This document shows positions 61,140 to 64,000 of a DNA stretch of 64,000 nucleotides, one piece after another. The stretch lies in the NCBI RefSeq assembly GCF_024711105.1, contig NZ_JANJTL010000139.1:147-64146 (forward strand), read 5' to 3'. Each line of letters opens with the position of its first letter. The stretch's first letter is position 1. The stretch is from Brevundimonas sp. (GTDB taxonomy: Bacteria; Pseudomonadota; Alphaproteobacteria; Caulobacterales; Caulobacteraceae). A program made the position numbers and the translations under genes. The notes under the pieces are model-generated. The model was not told the DNA's origin and did not search any database. It saw only the letters and a list, made by a program, of their open reading frames with translations.

Positions 61140-62789
61140 GTGGCCAGACTGTTGGAAACCATTCGCGACCTTGGGCGAGACGACCTGCGACTGTTCGCCC
61201 GCATTCATTCCGGCGGGGGATGGACGGACGTAAGCTACGCCGAGCTCTGGGAGCGGTCGCTGGCGTTCGCTGGCCTCTACCGCGCCTCCGGCCTGCTGCC
61301 GGACGACGTTGTCTGTCTCGTGGTAAAGCCGGACGCGGACGCCTACGCCTGCTTCATCGGCGCCATGATGGCCGGCGGCCTGCCAAGCTTCCTTCCCTAT
61401 CCCAACAGCAAACACGACACGGGCCTTTACTGGACCCAGCACCGCACGCTGTTCCAACATGCAAGGCCGCGCCTGATCCTGACCTGGGACGGGTTGGCGC
61501 CTGAAATGGAGGCCTGCGCAGAGGGCAGCGCGGCGCGAGTGCTTCGCCTGTCCGAGGCCGTGGGAGCGGAGCCCCTGGCGGCTCCGGTCCCGCGTGGTGA
61601 AGACGACCTCGCGCTGCTGCAGCACAGCTCAGGGACCACGGGCCTCAAGAAGGGCGTCGCGCTGTCTTACGGCGCGATTGCGCGCCAGGTGGAGGCCTAT
61701 GCCAACTCTCTAGGGGTGCGCCCGGATCGGCTGCCGGTCGTCGCCTCGTGGCTGCCGCTCTATCATGACATGGGGCTGGTCTCGAGCTTCCTGCTACCGC
61801 TCAGCCTGGGCGGGAGCATCGTTTCGATCGACCCTTTCGTCTGGACCTCGCGGCCGACGCTGCTGTGGGATGCGGTGGAGCGGTTCAGGGCCACCCACGC
61901 GTGGATGCCGAACTTCGCCTTCCAGCACACGGTGCGGATGGCGCCGCCGGGTCGCAACTGGGACCTCCGGTCTCTCGAGGCGCTGGTCAGCTGCTCGGAG
62001 CCCTGCAAGGCGGCGACCTTCGGCGCCTTCCTGGCGCGCTATGCGGACAGTGGCGTGCGCCCCCAGACGCTGCGGACCTGCTACGCCATGGCCGAGACGG
62101 TCTTCGCCGTGTCGCAGAGCACGCCTGAAGCGCCGCCGCGCCGCCTGACGGTGTCGCGCGCCAGTCTGGAGCACGAAGGGCCGGTCGAACTCGCCTCCGA
62201 CGGCGTCGAACTGTTGTCGAACGGTCCTTTGCTGGACGGCATGCAGGCTCGGATCCGGGCGAACGGCGCGACGGCGGGGGAGGGGATGATGGGCGAAATC
62301 TGCGTCCGCGCCCCCTTCCTGTTCGATGGCTACTACAAGAACCCCGAGGCCACCGCGGCGGCCTTCGACGCCGACGGCTGGTACCGGACGGGCGATCTGG
62401 GCTTCCTCGACCAAGGTGAATTGTTCGTCGCCGGCCGGTTGAAGGACGTGATCATTGTCAACGGCAAGAACATCTTCTCGCACGACGTGGAGGCAGCGCT
62501 TCTCGGCATACGCGGCCTCAAGGCGGGCCGTGCGGTCGCCATCGGCCAGTTCGACCCGGCTCTGGGCTCCGAAAAGCTGATCGTCATCGCCGAAGTCGAA
62601 GGCGAACATGATCCCTCCGCGGTGATGGCGGAGATCAATCGGGCGGTGCTGCGCGAGACCGGTGTGCCCTGCGGCGACGTCCGGCTGGTCGAGCGGGGCT
62701 GGCTCATCAAGACGACCAGCGGCAAGATCAGCCGTTCCGAGAACCTGAAGCGTTACGAGGCGCGGTTCGGCGCCGGGAGCCAGACATGA
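61140..62789 (+). CDS. Fatty-acyl-AMP ligase-like adenylating enzyme (AMP-binding superfamily)
   Basis: Core motifs LQHSSGTTGLKKG, WYRTGDLG, GRLKDVIIVNGKN and TTSGKISR. Confidence 0.8.
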   Translation: MARLLETIRDLGRDDLRLFARIHSGGGWTDVSYAELWERSLAFAGLYRASGLLPDDVVCLVVKPDADAYACFIGAMMAGGLPSFLPYPNSKHDTGLYWTQHRTLFQHARPRLILTWDGLAPEMEACAEGSAARVLRLSEAVGAEPLAAPVPRGEDDLALLQHSSGTTGLKKGVALSYGAIARQVEAYANSLGVRPDRLPVVASWLPLYHDMGLVSSFLLPLSLGGSIVSIDPFVWTSRPTLLWDAVERFRATHAWMPNFAFQHTVRMAPPGRNWDLRSLEALVSCSEPCKAATFGAFLARYADSGVRPQTLRTCYAMAETVFAVSQSTPEAPPRRLTVSRASLEHEGPVELASDGVELLSNGPLLDGMQARIRANGATAGEGMMGEICVRAPFLFDGYYKNPEATAAAFDADGWYRTGDLGFLDQGELFVAGRLKDVIIVNGKNIFSHDVEAALLGIRGLKAGRAVAIGQFDPALGSEKLIVIAEVEGEHDPSAVMAEINRAVLRETGVPCGDVRLVERGWLIKTTSGKISRSENLKRYEARFGAGSQT

Positions 62790-63031
62790 GCCAGGCCTTT
62801 CCGATCGAGCGCCTCTACGCCCTGATGGGCGAGGTCTTCGGCCTGCGCGACTTTCAATTGCAGCCGCACATGAGCGCTGCGGACGTTCCGGGCTGGGACT
62901 CGCTTCACCACGCTGTGCTCATCATGCGCCTTGAGGCCGAGAGCGGCCTGGATCTGTCCGGCGTCGAGACGGCCGAGCTGCCCGACATCGCCGCGCTTCA
63001 CGCCGCCATTGCGGAGCGCCTTGCGGGGTAG
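62786..63031 (+). CDS. Acyl/peptidyl carrier protein
   Basis: 81 aa. The start overlaps the ligase stop. Phosphopantetheine-site context VPGWDSLHHAVLIM. Confidence 0.75.
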   Translation: MSQAFPIERLYALMGEVFGLRDFQLQPHMSAADVPGWDSLHHAVLIMRLEAESGLDLSGVETAELPDIAALHAAIAERLAG

Positions 63032-63066
63032 GCGCGTTCAGGTCTGGGGACGCTTCGGCGGCTCCG

Positions 63067-63096
63067 CTTGAACCGGCGCGGGCAAGCGCCACATAG
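63067..63096 (+). promoter_or_regulatory. Sigma-32-like heat-shock promoter candidate upstream of lon
   Basis: CTTGAA (63067-63072), N16, then CCACATAG (63089-63096), compared with CTTGAA-N13-17-CCCCATNT. Confidence 0.3.
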
Positions 63097-63197
63097 TCGT
63101 CTCAATGCCTGCCGAGAGTCGGGGGCAGGGGCCGTGCTCCCAGGAGGTGGCCTCGGAAGGCCGCGTGTCGCTGTCGAAGGCGGCCCTGGAGAAGTAG

Positions 63198-64000
63198 ATG
63201 TCCGAACCCACGATTTTGCCGGTCCTGCCCCTGCGGGACATCGTCGTCTTCCCTCACATGGTCGTGCCGCTGTTCGTCGGCCGCGAGAAATCCGTGCGGG
63301 CTCTCGACGAGGTGATGAAGGGCTCCAAGCAAATCCTGCTGGCGACCCAGCGGAACTCGACGGACGATGATCCGTCCCCCCAGGCGATCTACAGTCTGGG
63401 CGTGGTGGCCAACGTGCTGCAGTTGCTGAAGCTGCCGGACGGCACGGTGAAGGTGCTGGTCGAGGGCAAGGGCCGCGCCGAAATCACCCGTTTCACCGAC
63501 CGCACCGACTATTTCGAGGCTGAGTACACGCCGGTTGAGGACGCGATCGAGGAGGCCAGCGAGGTCGAGGCTCTGTCGCGGGCGGTCGTCGAGCAGTTCG
63601 AAAACTATGTGAAGCTGAACAAGAAGGTGCCGCCGGAGGCCCTCAGCTCCATCCCCAACATCACGGACCCATCGGCCCTGGCCGACTCCGTCGCCGCCCA
63701 CCTGGCGGTGAAGATCGCCGACAAGCAGGGCCTGCTCGAGACCCATTCCGTCGCCCGTCGGCTGGAGAAGGTCTACGGCCTGATGGAAGGCGAGATCTCG
63801 GTCCTGCAGGTCGAGAAGAAGATCCGCAGCCGCGTGAAGCGCCAGATGGAGCGGACGCAGCGCGAGTATTATCTGAACGAGCAGATGAAGGCGATCCAGC
63901 GCGAGCTGGGCGAGCAGGACGACCAGCGCGACGAACTGCTGGAGCTCGAAAAGCGCATTCGCCGCACCAAGCTGTCGAAGGAAGCCCGCAACAAGGCCAA
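63198..64000 (+). CDS. lon: ATP-dependent Lon protease, N-terminal part (continues right of the window)
   Basis: ATG 63198 has GGAG 6 nt upstream. MSEPTILPVLPLRDIVVFPHMVVPLFVGREKS, then the LON N-domain and coiled coil (QREYYLNEQMKAIQRELG). Confidence 0.95.
   Translation, partial: MSEPTILPVLPLRDIVVFPHMVVPLFVGREKSVRALDEVMKGSKQILLATQRNSTDDDPSPQAIYSLGVVANVLQLLKLPDGTVKVLVEGKGRAEITRFTDRTDYFEAEYTPVEDAIEEASEVEALSRAVVEQFENYVKLNKKVPPEALSSIPNITDPSALADSVAAHLAVKIADKQGLLETHSVARRLEKVYGLMEGEISVLQVEKKIRSRVKRQMERTQREYYLNEQMKAIQRELGEQDDQRDELLELEKRIRRTKLSKEARNKA

Overview
High-GC (about two-thirds G+C by eye) alphaproteobacterial chromosome segment, very likely Caulobacterales. It carries the Caulobacter-type class II flagellar operon fliF-fliG-flbE-fliN-flbD followed by flhA. 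It also carries a holdfast-like Wzx/Wzy polysaccharide locus (hfsEFGH, hfsA-hfsB and hfsD equivalents). The rest is mostly core housekeeping: dnaB 5' part, parE, rlmE, rplKA, rpsD, uvrD, fumC, pyk, lon 5' part, tRNA-Leu, tRNA-Ser, grxD/bolA and egtBD, interleaved with small envelope and stress proteins. I see no prophage, transposase, CRISPR array or recognisable defence cassette, and I cannot honestly claim a new multi-gene system. The observations worth a second look are regulatory or structural. (i) A 0.9-kb gene-free, highly structured region (25466-26376) is bounded by two copies of a ~105-nt double-hairpin repeat and two G-quadruplex motifs. (ii) Four perfect EcfG/sigmaT-type general-stress promoters (GGAAC-N16/17-CGTT) are present, one in front of the ergothioneine genes egtBD. 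(iii) A perfect alphaproteobacterial SOS box (GTTC-N7-GTTC) precedes a GFA-family gene that overlaps a lone rusA. (iv) The hfs-like locus deviates from expectation: a Walker-A-defective HfsB-like protein, an extra GT2, no polymerase, and an AT-rich island at its edge. (v) Two tandem RcnB-family paralogues carry coding tandem repeats. Many long ORFs in the track are antisense artefacts of GC-rich DNA and were rejected.
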